NCBI GenBank assembly: GCA_028534125.1
Contig: CM052817.1
Span: 100,442,001 to 100,506,000 of the forward strand
DNA: 64,000 nucleotides
Direction of reading: 5' to 3'
Source: Lama glama
Taxonomy: Eukaryota
The notes beneath the pieces were generated by a model. The model ran no database searches, was not told where the DNA came from, and saw only the letters and a program-made list of their open reading frames with translations. Of the stretch, positions 1 through 13,494 are shown one piece after another. Position 1 is the first letter of the stretch. The number at the start of each line of letters is the position of its first letter. The translations under genes were made by a program, and so were the position numbers.

Positions 1-244
1 ATGCTGTAATAAGCCAGCTATATTCTCCAGTCAGGCACTCCGTGTGTGTGGGTTTAAGTCATAGTTGTGCACAGAAAATGATTCCTACAGCACAAAAAAT
101 GCAGGTACCATTGCCTGATCCCACTCATACTCTGTTCCTCCACCCCTTCATGCTGTTCCCTCAGGCAGGACCAGATTCCCCACTTACCTCTGACAAACCC
201 AATCCTACATTTTTTTCTACTCTTTCAAAAATTCTGTTCCTGCA

Positions 245-412
245 AAGTCCTACTGTGTAGCACAGGGAACTATATTCAATATCCTGTAGTAACCTACATT
301 GAAAAAGAGTATGAAAAGGAATATATGTATGTATCTGTATGACTGAAAAATTATGCTGTACACCAGAAATTGACACAACATTGTAAACCAGCTATACTTC
401 AATTAAAAAAAA
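245..412 (+). mobile_element. 5'-truncated young L1 3' end
   Basis: agcacagggaactatattcaat...tgctgtacaccagaaattgacacaacattgtaaac...poly(A). TSD aaaattYtgttcctg at ~228-242 and ~409-423. Same 3' end as the copies at 31.6-32.2 kb and 38.2-38.8 kb. Confidence 0.85.
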
Positions 413-839
413 TTTTGTTCCTGTAAGAAACCTTACACAACTCAGTTCATCCATGCATTCACAAAATAAGTATTGAACACAGTCCACACACCAGGGGCTG
501 TGCTCAGGACTGGAGTCACAACCACAAACACTCCCAGACCCGGCCCTTCCTTTGAGAATAGAGTCTCCCACACAGCAGGTTGGGGGCGGTTGTAAGTAAG
601 CCCAAGTATTGATTGTCAGCCCTGGGATTGGCTGCCGTAGCTTGCTTAGTGGGGAGCAGGGATTTACAGTGCCAAGGGGGATACTAACCAGTAATTGTCA
701 CAGCGGTAGTAATTGTTACATCACACAGTAGTCTGTGTTATAGATAATGCATGTATACATGTGTGCAGGTATGGGCATGTATGTACACCTGCCATAAATC
801 ACTGCAATTCCCTTAACAAGCAAGCATTATCTAGAGCAG

Positions 840-1215
840 CCAACGTTTATTGAGGACAGAGTACGTGCCAGGCCCCCGTCGAAGTTCTTTTACACGTACA
901 ACCTCTTTGTTCCTCACAGTAGCCCTGAGTTGTATGTATCATCATTATCCCCATTTTAGAGAAGAAAAAACAGTGATAAAGGGAAGGTAAGCAATTTACC
1001 ATAAGATTACAAAGCTCACCACAGGGACTATAGCTAGTATTTTATAATAACTTTAAATGGAGTATAAGCTATAAAAGTATTGAATCACTATGTTGCACAC
1101 TTGAAACTAATATAATATTGTAAGTCAACTGTACTTTAATTTAAAAAAAAAAGATTACAAAACAAGCAAATGATGGGTCTTGGTTTCAAACCCAGAAGTC
1201 TGACTTCAGAGCTCT
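840..1215. mobile_element. MIR interrupted by a short L1 3' fragment (1019-1150)
   Basis: MIR core attatccccattttagagaag...ttcaaacccagaagtctgacttcagagc. Insert flanked by TSD aagattacaaa (1003-1013, 1151-1161). Confidence 0.75.
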
Positions 1216-1516
1216 GCTCACATCGTTGATTGCCAATTATTGACTCTGAGATCGCTGGGTAGTGAGTGTAGGCCAGGGAAGGTTCCAGCGTGATGAAGGA
1301 CAGCAGGGAGCACTGGCCCCTTCTCAGGGAGTTACAGGAGACTCCCTAGAAGGAGGAGAACCTAAGCTGACACTGAAGAGGAATTGGAGGTGAGCTGGCA
1401 AGGAGGTGAGGAGTGAGGAGAAGACGCGCTGTGAGGTCAGGGAAGCAAGGCAGGTTCTACAGGAAACCTGGGGCGTGGGGGCTGGACTTTGTACACCAAA
1501 CTAAAGGGTCTGGACT

Positions 1517-1679
1517 TTTTCTTTTTCTTTCTTTCTTTTTTTTTAAAACAGTTCTTTTTTAGGGGGTGGGTAATGAGGTTTATTTATTTCTTTCTTTATT
1601 TTGATGTAGGTACTAGGGATTGAACCCAGGACCTCAGATATGCTGAGCATACACTCTAGACTGAGCTAGACACTCCCCC
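1517..1679 (-). mobile_element. tRNA-derived camelid SINE (Vic-1-like)
   Basis: Reverse complement of the tRNA-like head (A box agctcagt, B box ggttcaatccc) plus A-rich tail. Confidence 0.8.
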
Positions 1680-1699
1680 TTGGACTTTTTCTTAAGTTT

Positions 1700-2241
1700 A
1701 AGGGAAACACCACAGTCAGATTTGCATTTAGAGCAATCCTCTGCTATATCAATATGGAGAACGGGTTGGAAGGAGCCAGACGGCAGACATGGAGATGGGG
1801 TATCCCACGTCACAGGGAACTGGGGACAGGGGACAGGACCACGACCTAGGTGGGGCCACGAGGGCACAGACAACCATCGTCTTCTCCTCTTGCATTTCCT
1901 CTGCATCTCGGTGTGAGGGCTCTGCCGCGCTAGTTTGTACTTGCTTAAACAATGCCTGTGAGCTGGTGGTCCGTCCGGTTGTTCCTGTTTATGTGTCTCG
2001 TCTCAACTAGACTGAAAGCTCCCTCAGAGATAAGGACCACGTCTGACAAATACACCTGTCTGTGCTCAGCCCAGCACCGGACACAGATCAGTTATTAATT
2101 CTTTGAATAAATTATCATGCTTGTTTTCTTACCAGCCTTCTACTCAAGGAATTTTATCATCTAAACACCTCTTACTGAAATCGAAGACTAGTTCTGTAGC
2201 TCTTTCCTTTGGGTTTATTGGCAATCACACACAGAGTGAAA
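1700..2241 (-). pseudogene. Start of PDS5-like module 7 (continues toward or past left edge)
   Basis: Exon 2241-2133 (acctag| ... |gtaaga) ends LDDKIP*VE vs ISDKISKEE. ORF 1749-1952 RDAEEMQEEKTM vs QDSEEEKEL. Support is weaker than for the other modules. Confidence 0.55.
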
Positions 2242-4956
2242 CTAGGTAACTATATACGTAAAATGGCTGATAAAACAGCGCTAAGGATCAGTGGGGAAAA
2301 AATCAATTACACGCTAATGGCGTGTGTGTGTTGACGTGTGCTGAGCACCCAGCGCACTACAGGGCACGTTCATCTTTATCTATATTAGCATCAAAGCTGG
2401 AGTCAGCCTCTTAAAGCCCGTTTTTTTCTTCTTTAGGCCTTCCCAAGGATTCATGCGCCAAATAACTAAATTATGTCTTGGTAGCTAAACAAATTATGCA
2501 AAATTATACACCATGAATATTTTATAATTCTAAACCCTGAAGCCAGACTCCAGACAGTTTTATGTCTGCAGCAACCCGTATCAGACCCAGATAAATTCGG
2601 CTAAAGACAAATGACTTCTTTCAAAAACTTAACTTTTTTTTTCCTTGCTGCATTTCTCCTTAAGGATGCATCAAAGGCTTTACTGTATGTAGGTCCTGAG
2701 AGTAAGTGCCCTGCACCTTCCTCCCAGCTGGCTGAAGCCAGAGATTGTGCCTGGCATAACTTAACTCTCGAAATATGCAGGAAATTGATTAAGGTTAACA
2801 GTGGTCTACCTCGGGCTTGCATGGAACAGATATAATATGAATAAACAGCTGACAATGGGCCAAGGTTAACTAGTGCCACATGCTTCCTTTTGTCTTAGAA
2901 TGTTGAAATTGCATACAAAATACGTCTTTCTAAATAATGAGGTCTTAGTTGCCCAGAAATAGGAGCTGCAGCTCTGTCTGATGTGGGTGCTAAGGAACAT
3001 CAGAACTGCTTGCGCAGGGTAGCTGGTTTCTCTCTCCTTCTTCTTTCTCAATTACCTTTGCTAGTTTTGATCCACCTCTTCTGGTTTTTAAAAGAAAGAG
3101 CTACCCTATGAAGGTTCATGGCTGTGTTCTCCAAGAGGCCAGCAGAAGAAAATGAGGAAGCTGTAAGTTACTAAGACTCTGCTGGTCCCTCTCCTTGGCC
3201 CCTGGGATGAGGAGACTTGCAGGTTAATGCTTCAAATTGAGCAACTTCAAAATGGCCAGGAGTCGGGGGAGGATGAGGGCAGATGTCTCTCCTCACTCTT
3301 CTGACTGTTCTGCAGGCTTAGAGAGGAGCCCAACAGAACTGGGAAACCTGCTCATGCCTCCAGCCAGGGACTGACCAGGAACACCAAAAAAGGGAGACAA
3401 TTGATTTCGTGGGGGCGACTGTCTCTTTAAAAAAAAAAATTCTGGTAGAATTTCCTTTGTGCCATAAACAAATAAAATTTCTTTCTGAAAATCCTGCTGA
3501 CTCACGGGAGCACCACAGAAGTCATAGCATCTTTTCTGTCTAATCAGCAGGCTGATTTTCCAGAGATAGTGTTCCTATTTTCTTTCACAGAAAAGGAGGT
3601 GGTGGGAAGAAAGAAACAAAACAAAATAGGCTTGTTACTCAGAGGCCACTGGGCAGATCCTTGACCGCCATCTGAGATGGCCCAGCTCTGGGCAGGAGCC
3701 CCAGAATGTGTCCCGGAACAGGCTACACTGGAGGCTGGAAAGCACTCGTGTGAGGGGGTCATGTCTCATCACCCCCTGTCAAGCCAGCCCAAAGCAGGAG
3801 GGAATGAAGTGTGGGGGCCAGGGTGGCAGCTATGAGTTAGTGGAAAGAGCACTGGAGCCAAGGATGTAGGGAGGAATCCTGCTGCTGCCTCTATTAGTCA
3901 TATGACCTTCAACCAGTTACTCAAGCTTGGCTGAGCCTCAGTGTTCTTATCTTTAAAATGGCTATAAATTCTACTCACTTTCCAGGGCTGTTATAAGATT
4001 GAAACAAAATAATTGCTTGCAAGCACTGAATACAGGGTCTACAGCACTGTAACTGCTTAATAGCTGAGGGGGCTTTAAGCATGAGCCCCATTGTAACTTG
4101 TTCTGTCTTGATAATGGTCCCACTGTCACCTGGATATGAAATGCACACCACTGTCCATGTGTTCTCACCAGCGTCCTTCTCTCCTTCACTTTCAGAAACC
4201 GGCTCAGATAAGGACCTCATAAAAGCATTCATCCTCAAGAATAAAGATCTAATAAGTTTTCCCTTTTCTAAGGGAATTTGTATTTGGGTTTTAAAACCAA
4301 AATATTTCTAGCAGTGCAATTTTAGGTCTCAGCAAGCTAATAGAAGAGAATTGTTTGCTTTTGTTTGTTTGTTTGTTTGCAGAATGTGTAATAAAGACTT
4401 CTTCAGTGAGCTCTTAAAATTATGCAAATAGATATCTCTTTAAATGTCTGTTTAAGGCTCTAAGTTTAGCTATCAGCTTACAAAAAAACATAGAGGATAG
4501 AAGAACAGAATGGATGACACTAAGAGAATGCTACCAGCAAAGTCCAGACTGTGAGAGCTTCTATAGGACAAACTGATACTTTATAAAAATTCACTGCAAG
4601 GAAGAGAGAGAACTATTAGGAGAACTTGTAGATTAAGAGATGTAAAACACATATTTAACCAATTACCAGGTGTAGACCTTAGTTTGGGCCTAACTAAAAT
4701 AAACAAATTGTAAAAATGAAAATTATGGCATTTATGAGATAATTGGAAAGTTATAGATATAGAGAGATATTAGATAGAGATTATTCTATTGGTTCTGTTT
4801 CTCTGGACAGACGACTCTGGTCTTTTGTCTGAGATTTGTCTCAAAATGATACGAGAAATGCTGATGAGTGGATCAGAGATGGATGGGGCAAGACTGACCA
4901 TGAGTTTATGGTTTTGGGTGCAGGGTGATGGGTACTTTTAAAAACAAGGGTATTAG

Positions 4957-5860
4957 TCTAAATAGACATTTCTCTAAAGAACACATCCAGATGGCCAACG
5001 GGCACATGAAAAGATGCTCAGTATCACTAATTATTAGAGAAATGCAAATCAAAACTACAATGAGGTATCATCTCACACTAATCAGAATGGCCATCATCAA
5101 AAAGTCTACAAATAATAAATGCTAGAGAGGGTATGGAGAAAAGGGAACCCTCCTACACTGTTGATGGGAATGTAAACTGGTGCAGCCATTATGGAAAATA
5201 GTATGGAGATTCCTCAAAAAACTAAAGATAGACTTACCATATGATCCAGCAATCCTACTCCTGGCCACATATCTGGAGAAAACTCTAATTCAAAAAGACA
5301 CATGCACTCCAATGTTCCATAGCAGCAATATTTACAATAGCCAAGATTTAGAAACAATCTAAATATCCACAGACAGATGAATTGGTTAAAGAAGATGTGG
5401 TATATATACACAATGGAATACTACTCAGCCATAAAAAAGAATGAAATAATACCATTTGCAGCAATGTGGATGGACCTAGAGATGATCATAGTAAATGAAG
5501 TAAGTCAGACAGAAAAAAACAAATATCATATGATATTACTTACATGTGAACTCTAAAAAAAGATACAAATTTTATTTACAAACCAGAAATAGACTCACGG
5601 ACATATAAAACAAACTATGGTCACCGGAAGGGATAAATTAGGAGTCTGAGATTAACAGACACACACTACTATATATAAAATAGATAAACAACAAGGACCT
5701 ACTGTTTAGCACAGGGAACTATATTCAATTTCTTATAATAATCTACAATTGAAAAGTATCTGAAAATATATGTATATATGTATGTGTTTGTATAACTGAA
5801 TTGCTTTGCTTTATACCTGAAACTAACATTGTAAATCATCTACATTTCAACAAAAAATAA
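4957..5860 (+). mobile_element. L1 ORF2 C-terminus plus 3' UTR
   Basis: Translations [40 protein letters not shown] and [31 protein letters not shown] are canonical L1 ORF2p C-terminal motifs. Confidence 0.95.
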
Positions 5861-8725
5861 ATTTTTTAAAGATATCTAACAAAAAAATAAGAATAATAGT
5901 ATCTAAATATTATACATGTTCAAAATTCTCCAAAATAATAGTTAAAAACCAAATAAAACAAACAGAAGAACCTCTCTTGATCCATGTAACCTTTCCCCAG
6001 GTCATTGGCAAGGCACAAAGAGTTATATAAGCAAAGTTTTAACTCACCTCTATCCAGTACTTATAAGCCCACTTCCCTCCTCACCCACTACACTTTATCT
6101 CAAGCAGCCAACACCAGTGGGGCCAATTCCCCAGCAAGGCTGCCTTTCAGGCCCTCCTGGGACAGTTTCCAACAACCAAAGGCAGCTAGAATTTGGCAAG
6201 ATCGATTTCAGAGGAAAGACCTGGGAAAGGGAAGGGCTCACTGCCCATCTCTCAGCTCCTGAGAGAGGCAGAACTGGTTCTAAAATCCTGTTCTCTGCAC
6301 TTCCATCCAGAGCTCCCCACAAACACTCTTGTTTTCCTGAAAGGGGATTTGATCACAGCTCAGGAAGGAGAGAAACCATAGGTTCTCCTCTCCTAAGAGT
6401 TTGCTTGTCACCCCACCCCATCCCCAACAAACAGTAGCCCCAGTGCTCCTTTGAGACCCCCTGCATTTTTAATGAATGGTTTCAGGCTCATTAAAGAGTA
6501 GAGCTAATAATACCATGGGAACTCCCCATGAATTCACCACCCAGCTGAAAAAAAGGAACACGACTAACTCCACTGCAGACTGTGAGCCCTGCCCGGTCTC
6601 ACTCCCTTGTCCCCTCCCTAGAGGTGACCGCTCTCCTGAGCTTAAATGTGTGGCGTTACCATGTGTTTCCTTTCTTTCTTTTAAAAAGAAAACAGTGGAC
6701 TTGGGCTTTTAAACATTTTATTGATTGTGGATTTTTTAAATTCTGGTACTACATATATGCTATTCGTAAATAATATACAGTATAATTATCACTGATGCTT
6801 TAAATTTTTACAAATGTTTTCATTACAGTAGGTACCCTTATGCAACTTGCTTTTCACACTCCGCAATACATTTCTGAGATTTCCCCACATCCATGTGCAT
6901 CACTCTCGGGCATTCATTTTCTCCCCGCTGAGTCGTATTCCCTTGAATGAAAGACTCCAGTTTATAGACCCGTTTCTCCTGCGATCGATGCTCAGGCTAT
7001 GTTCGATTTTTCTCTTTTACATACAAGAGTGGAGTGAACATTCTTGCAGTTTCCCTGTGCACAGCTGAGAGCCTTCCTCTCCACCCCTTTTTCACTCGGT
7101 CGTTTCCGCTCTGTCCTCCATCCCGCCAAGTTCATAGGTGAGACCCTGACAGTTACTGGCCTGTCTCTCTCCTCCGATGAAGGGTTTGCTCTCTGCCTCT
7201 GTTGGGCAAAGTGAAGGAAGGGCGCTAGGCAGTTAACTCATGAGTTTGATCAGGAATCTCTCACTACCAGAACATGACCTCACGATGTCTTACTTTAAGG
7301 ATAAGGTTTGGGGAACTTAGTTATCTGAATAATTGCCCTGTCTAGACTCAACCACCACCTCCCTCAAGCCCTTGGCAGTATCCAAAAGGGGTCAGCGCTA
7401 ACAGAGCACAGTTAAATATAGACATCTAGGAATAAAAGGCCTAATTAAGAACCAGGAAGTTGCTCTGGGGAAATTTAAAAGGTTTGCCAAGGCACTCTTA
7501 GCTGTGCCAAAGCCTCATTTGGCAGGAAGATGTTGATGAGAGCCCCCAAGTCGAGGGAAGAAAAAGCAGATTTATCCCCCAAATCATCAGGGCTGGCTGA
7601 CTATCTGCTGCTTGTGTGTCCAACCCCCCACCCCGCCCCAAGTCACACTTTCTAGGACAGGGATGAAGGAAAACCACCAAAGGCAGTTGGGTTAGATTTC
7701 CTCCCGTGTCAGAGACACTCTCTCGAATTGCTCTAAAGTACTCATTTACCGAATGAAGAATTTTGGACACTCAAGATTCTTTCTAATTCAGCGTGCATTT
7801 CTGACCCTTCGGACTTTCTGCCCTGATGAGAACAACATTCACCTCCCCGCCCGAGGTCAGGCAGCGGAAACACCGTTTTCACCCCGATGTGAGGGAACAG
7901 GTGAAGCCCAGTTTTCCAACTTTTAATGAACTCCTACTATATTTTATCAGTGCAGTTCGACAGACTCCACTTGCTCATCTGGGGATGTGGCCATGTTTCT
8001 TATAGATTCTGAAGGATTAAAAACAAGCATGAATTCAGAATGTTTATTCATCATACCAATATAAATGAGATCCTTAAGAATCCATAATACACCCTCAATA
8101 CAAAATGTAAAACTGTCATTTTTCTGTCTCTAACAGCAGGCTGACGGCAGTTATTCTGAACCATCTCAGACGGAGCGAGCGCCTTCTGATCTCACCTGTA
8201 AAATGGGGCTGTCCAGCTCCTAGGGTTCCCCAGGGGATCAGTGGAGATAATGTACCAGAGAGCACTTTGAAAAATATAAAGTGCAATTCCGATGGATTAT
8301 TGACAGTCCTTTGTTAAGTGTCCAATTGATTGCTGAATGCCCTCGGACGCAATGAGGCATCATTCCTTATGAACCGCTTTATAACTCAGACCTTTCCACT
8401 AATTCAGAATGACCTTCCCTCCAATCAGCTCGGCTCCCGTGGTTTCACTTCAAAGCCCAGGAAGTTGCTGCGTGGAAGGAATCTCGCAGAAGAAAGGGCT
8501 TTTAGAGGTCATCTCATGTCCAGCCTCCTGCCCTGTCCCAGGGACAGGGGTGTGGTCTCCTCTACATCCCCGACCAGATAATCCCTAGACCTCTGCTTGG
8601 AAATCTCCCTTGAGAGCAGCTTCCTAGGACGTGAGTAGCCCCTCCTACTGAGGAGTATGAGGCCGAGGTGAACTCCATGGGGTCAAAAGTCGTTTCTACC
8701 ACCAGCTCCAAGCCTCTGAACAGAG

Positions 8726-9046
8726 CAGGGGTTTGCAAACTATGGCCCGCGGGTCAAATCTGCCCCGATGCTAGGTTTTTGCAGTCTGAGGGCTAAGAAT
8801 GGTTTTTACATTTTTAAATAGTTCTTTTTAAATTTTAAATAGCATTTTATGACATGTGAGAATTATATGAAATTCAAACATCAATATCCACAAATAAAGT
8901 TTTACTGAAACACAGGCGTTTTCCTATTTTCTGTGGCTGCTTCCACACTACATGGCAGCTTTGAATGATTGCTACAGACACCTCACAGCACGCAAAGCCT
9001 AAGATATTTACTCTGTCCTTCCACAGAGAAATTTTGCCGACCCACT
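8726..9046. mobile_element. MER58-like hAT-Charlie non-autonomous DNA transposon
   Basis: Termini caggggtttgcaaactatggcccgcgggtcaaatc ... aattttgccgaccc. Confidence 0.8.
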
Positions 9047-12000
9047 TTAGAGTTACATGAGCAATCCCAACCCCTCTTTAAACGGGTGAACAATGTTTTC
9101 ATGTCATTGATCATTCCTAGCAAACCTTTTTAAGGACTTACGATGGTGCCCAGGTGCTGTGCTGGGCACTGGGCAGGTTTAAAAAAAGAAAAAAAAACAG
9201 TAAGAGACTAGATCTTAAATGTTCTCATCACCAAACAAAAAATACATAGAGACTCCATATTAATTCAGAGCAAGGAAAGAGAGCATTTTGGAAAGATTTC
9301 ACAAAAGGAAATTTGAATTTGAACTTAAAGAATGGGATAGGTTTTGGAGAGTTGGAGAGAATTAAGAGGTTGTTTGCTTTTTGTTTTGGGGTTTTTTGTT
9401 TGTTTGTTTGTTTTTGCACAAAAATATTCCATTTAAAGCCATAAAGTCAGAAAAGCTAGAGATGTGTTTAGAGAATCCAGTGGTTCATTCACTGTGTACT
9501 TAGTGTCGACAATGAGGCAGGCTGATTCCAGGTACCAGGGTACATCAGCAGACAAAACAAGGATTCCCACCCTGGTGTAGATTACATTCTAGTGACCACG
9601 TGCCTGCAGTAAAAGGTTCACCCGGGAGAATACAGGGCCCAAGGTTGAGGGCAGGTTACAGGCAGAGCGGAACACCCACCACTCACTCAAGGGCACTGGA
9701 GTCACAATCAGAAACCGGCAGCACCTGGCCCACCCTTCAGCCTTGCCACACACTCTGGCCTTGGGCACTTAACCTTTTGGTGGGTCCTCAATCTCCTCAT
9801 CTTTAAAATTACGGAGTAGGACCAGATCTAACTCAAGAATTCTATGAAAACATCTTGATTTGCAAATCACAAAATTTCTGGGATTCATAGAAAAAAAAAT
9901 CTAGATAACCACTCACTTTGGTTTTCTTTACAAGTTGCAGTTGCATTTTTCTTATTTCGTTTCTTTAAAGCTCTCAAAGTGTGTGTTTCTTTAAAAAAAA
10001 AAAAGTTCTATTACCTGGTTCCTAACTTCAAGGTCTACAATCCAGTGGAAAACAGGACACACACAGTGAATAAGAGTGTGGACCCAGAAGCCAGATCACC
10101 TGGGCTTGGATCTGAGCTCTGCCAAGACCCCGGACCAGCAGTGCCACGTTTGCTGGGGAAGTGACCTGACTTGCCCCCGTGTCAGTTTCCCAGTGAAATG
10201 GGGAGAGTAATGATATTGACCATAAAAGGCTGTCGTGAAGATTAAATGAGATGGTAGGTGTAACGGGCTGGCAGAAGTTCCCGTGGGTACTACTATTTTT
10301 ATTGTTATTACAGACAAAGAAACCAGTGTGATGAAGTGTGGCTGAGGAAGTTATCAGAAATTTCGAAGGAAGAATTGGGTCACAGAGTGGAGAACACTCC
10401 TGTCTGGCAAAGACGAGTGTTGAGACAGGCTTCCTGGGTGCTGGCAGAGAAGCAGGTGTGCTTCCAGCAGTCAAGTGGGCTGGTGGTATTTTGAGGAGAT
10501 GAAGCTACATGAGCAAAGATGTCCCCAGCTGACCCTGTCTTCCCCCACTCATGGCTCTGTCTCCTCTGTGCCTTGTCTCCATGAATAGGACTCCTTCCCT
10601 GCCCTGCCTCATCAGCACCACTGACTGCCCAAGATGGAAACATGGGGGTCTTCCTTGCCTCCTCCCTCCAACTCATCCTCCCACCTGGTCATGCGGATTT
10701 TGCATCCCGCACATCTCTCAAATCCCCCGTCTCTCTGTCTCGATATTCCTCTATCTCTCCATCTCTCTTTATGTCTCTAAATCTCTATCTCCATGTCTTT
10801 TTGTACCTCAGTAACCCTCTAATGGTTCCCCTTGCTCCCAGTATCAAATCCCACTTCTTGACCATGTGGGATCAGTTCCCTCTCTCCCCCTCTGCAGCCC
10901 AGCAGCCTGAATTTCTTTCATATCCCCAGATGCTTGCTGTTTCTTCTGTCTGGAATATTCCTTTCCGATCTCCTCGCCCCCTCTCCTTGCAACCAGCCAT
11001 ACTCACTCTTCAGGTGGCAGTCTTAATGCCACCTCCTCAGGGACACATCTCTGACTCTTGCACTCGACTGGTACCCTCTCGGGGTTCTCTGTACTCATCA
11101 CAGTCAGAATCCATCCATCGGTAATGTGCTTGTTGTGAATCATCTGTGATTCCACGAGGGCAGGGATTTTTTAAATGTCATTTGCACCCAACAAGCATTT
11201 TTTACAAAAAAAGAAAAGAATAGAATAAGTAGAACAAGACAGAATAGACTAGAAGAGGATAGTATGGGGTAGAATAGAAAATATAAAAATAAATTGAATA
11301 TAGTAAAACTAATAATTTTTCTGAAAGGCTTGTCTCTTACATGTGTGAGCTTATGTGTATTCTGGGTTGAGATATCGAATGTCACTCTTAGTGTAGGTAA
11401 CAGCCAGGCAAGTTGGAAAGCCAGGGTCCTGGGGAAATAGCAGACGAGTGCTCCCACCTGATGTCCCTCCCGTGTGTGAGCACCAGTCAGGGTGGCCTCC
11501 GCAGCTGACTGGCGCTCACACCAGCCCAACATTCCCAACTTGTTCCCCGGGTAATGTGGTTGTTGGTTGCCTCTCCTTGGAACTTTGTCTGCATCCTTAT
11601 TATAGAGTGGCTCCTGGAAATGACAGTGACATACTCTTCTGCCATGTTTCCCTCTCACCAGTTGATTTCTCAGGACTTTGGCACAAGAATTCCAAAGGAA
11701 AGTGGAGGGGGAAGGGCAGAAGGAGGATGGGGGGGGGGGAGGGACAGGAAGGGAAAGAGGAGGGGGACGAGCTCCTTGTCACCCTGTGCTGTGTTCCAAA
11801 GATCCCACATTCTTTTCAAAGTACTCACAAATTAACCCTTCCATATCCAACTCTTATCCAAGATGGACAACCTGCTTACCTGTCTGTACTCTGTAAAATA
11901 AACTTCCTTTCCATTCTGAAACAGAAACGCACATGCTGGCCAGCATCTTTTTCCAACACAACTCCTCTTCTCTAAGATTCTTCCCATTTCAACTAGGAAT

Positions 12001-13130
12001 GACTGCACAAGCTCATCTGCAAGTTGCCCCAGGAACTTGCAACATAATTCACTGAAATCTGAATTCAGAGTAGCTGCACATTTCTCCAAAGCTGGTCGGC
12101 TTCCACAGTGACCGGCCAATTCTCATTCTCTCTGTCTTCTATCCCGCCATTCTCTTCGTCAGAGAAATCAGGCAGAAGTTGGTCTCTCTGAACTCTGCCT
12201 CCTTTGGCCACCAAGCTGCAATTTCACCAGCAGCTGCAAGCTCTGTCTCTCCCTCCCTGATCTTATCTGGAACATCTGTAAGTCCCTTGGGGGCTTTACC
12301 AGTGTTTTGCATGCCTCATCTCACCTCCCCGCAACACGCCTCTTGTAATCACTCTTGGTAGCGTGCTTTTTCTCAATCTTACACAAGAGTCTTTTTAAAG
12401 TTTGGGATCAACAAGTCCATCACAGCTACCTTGGATTCTTTCAATACTTCGCCACTTCCTTCCTCCTCGGAACCTGTTGTGATGGCAGAGATGAGCTCAT
12501 TTCTGTCAGGAGCGGTCCTCCCTGGAAGGGTCACATGTCACGGAAGCACACAGTGGGCTGTTTTCCTGAAGGCTTCATGGCATGCTCCCTGCTCGGGATG
12601 TGTGTCCAAGCAGAACCGGGTTTTCTCTTCTTGCTGATCAAGAACACTGGGGTGACACAAGTGGTGTCCACTTTCTTTTGGGCAGAATATCAAGTCTGAA
12701 AGCAATGATTTGCCTTGTTGCCTCCTATCCCCTGGGAGACCAGTAGGCAATCCAATGAGTTTATCAGAAAACCACTGATTGCAGATGGAAAAGCTGGAAA
12801 ATAAAAGTTTGCGATCTTTCTTTTTTGCTTTCTCAGAAAGGAGTCTTTTTCAGAGTAACAATAATAGTTGTTCAGTCTCACTGAGTGCTGATTTTTTGCC
12901 AAGCAAGTTTCTAAGCACTTGAAACGTACGATTTCATTTAATCCGCCAACAACGTTTTTGGACAGGACCTATTTATTACTTTCATTCTACAGATGAGGAC
13001 ACAGATACACAGAGAGGTGACATTTGTCCATGATCATAGAAAGAATAAATGGTAGAGGCATGACTGGGACACGGGTCCACTCAATTTCACAGTCTGTACT
13101 CCTGCCCACCAGGTCATAGCCACAGATGTC

Positions 13131-13280
13131 TTTTTTTTAATTTTTTTTTTATTTTACATTTTTGGGGGAGGTAATTAAGTTTTTATTTATTTATTTATTT
13201 CAGTGAAGGTACTGGGGATTGAACCTAGGACGCTGTGTATGCTAAGCACCAGATCTACCACTGAGCTATACCCTCCTCCA
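13131..13280 (-). mobile_element. Camelid tRNA-SINE
   Basis: Reverse SINE head ending at 13280. TSD acagatgtc at 13122-13130 and 13284-13292. Confidence 0.9.
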
Positions 13281-13338
13281 GCAACAGATGTCTTCAATCT
13301 TGAATTATTCCATTGGTCTTTTTAAACCTATTCTTAGT

Positions 13339-13494
13339 AGGGAGGGTATTGCTCAGTGGTAGAGTGCATGCTTAGCATGCACGATGTGCTAAGTTCAATC
13401 CCCATTACTGCCTATAAAAATAAAATAAACAAACAAACAAACAAAAAAACCTAATTATGCCCCCCCAAAAATCCCAAAATAAAATAAAATAAAT
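13339..13494 (+). mobile_element. Camelid tRNA-SINE
   Basis: gggagggtattgctcagtggtagagtgcatgcttagcatgcacg...ttcaatcccc. TSD aaacctatYct at 13324-13334 and 13495-13505. Confidence 0.9.

Noticed and set aside
6048..6220. Generic HEAT motif LAA*DKV*WVRREVGL in an alternative frame
   Set aside because: A different frame (GNCPRRA*KAA) matches PDS5 in the right order and has the splice phase required by the upstream exon.
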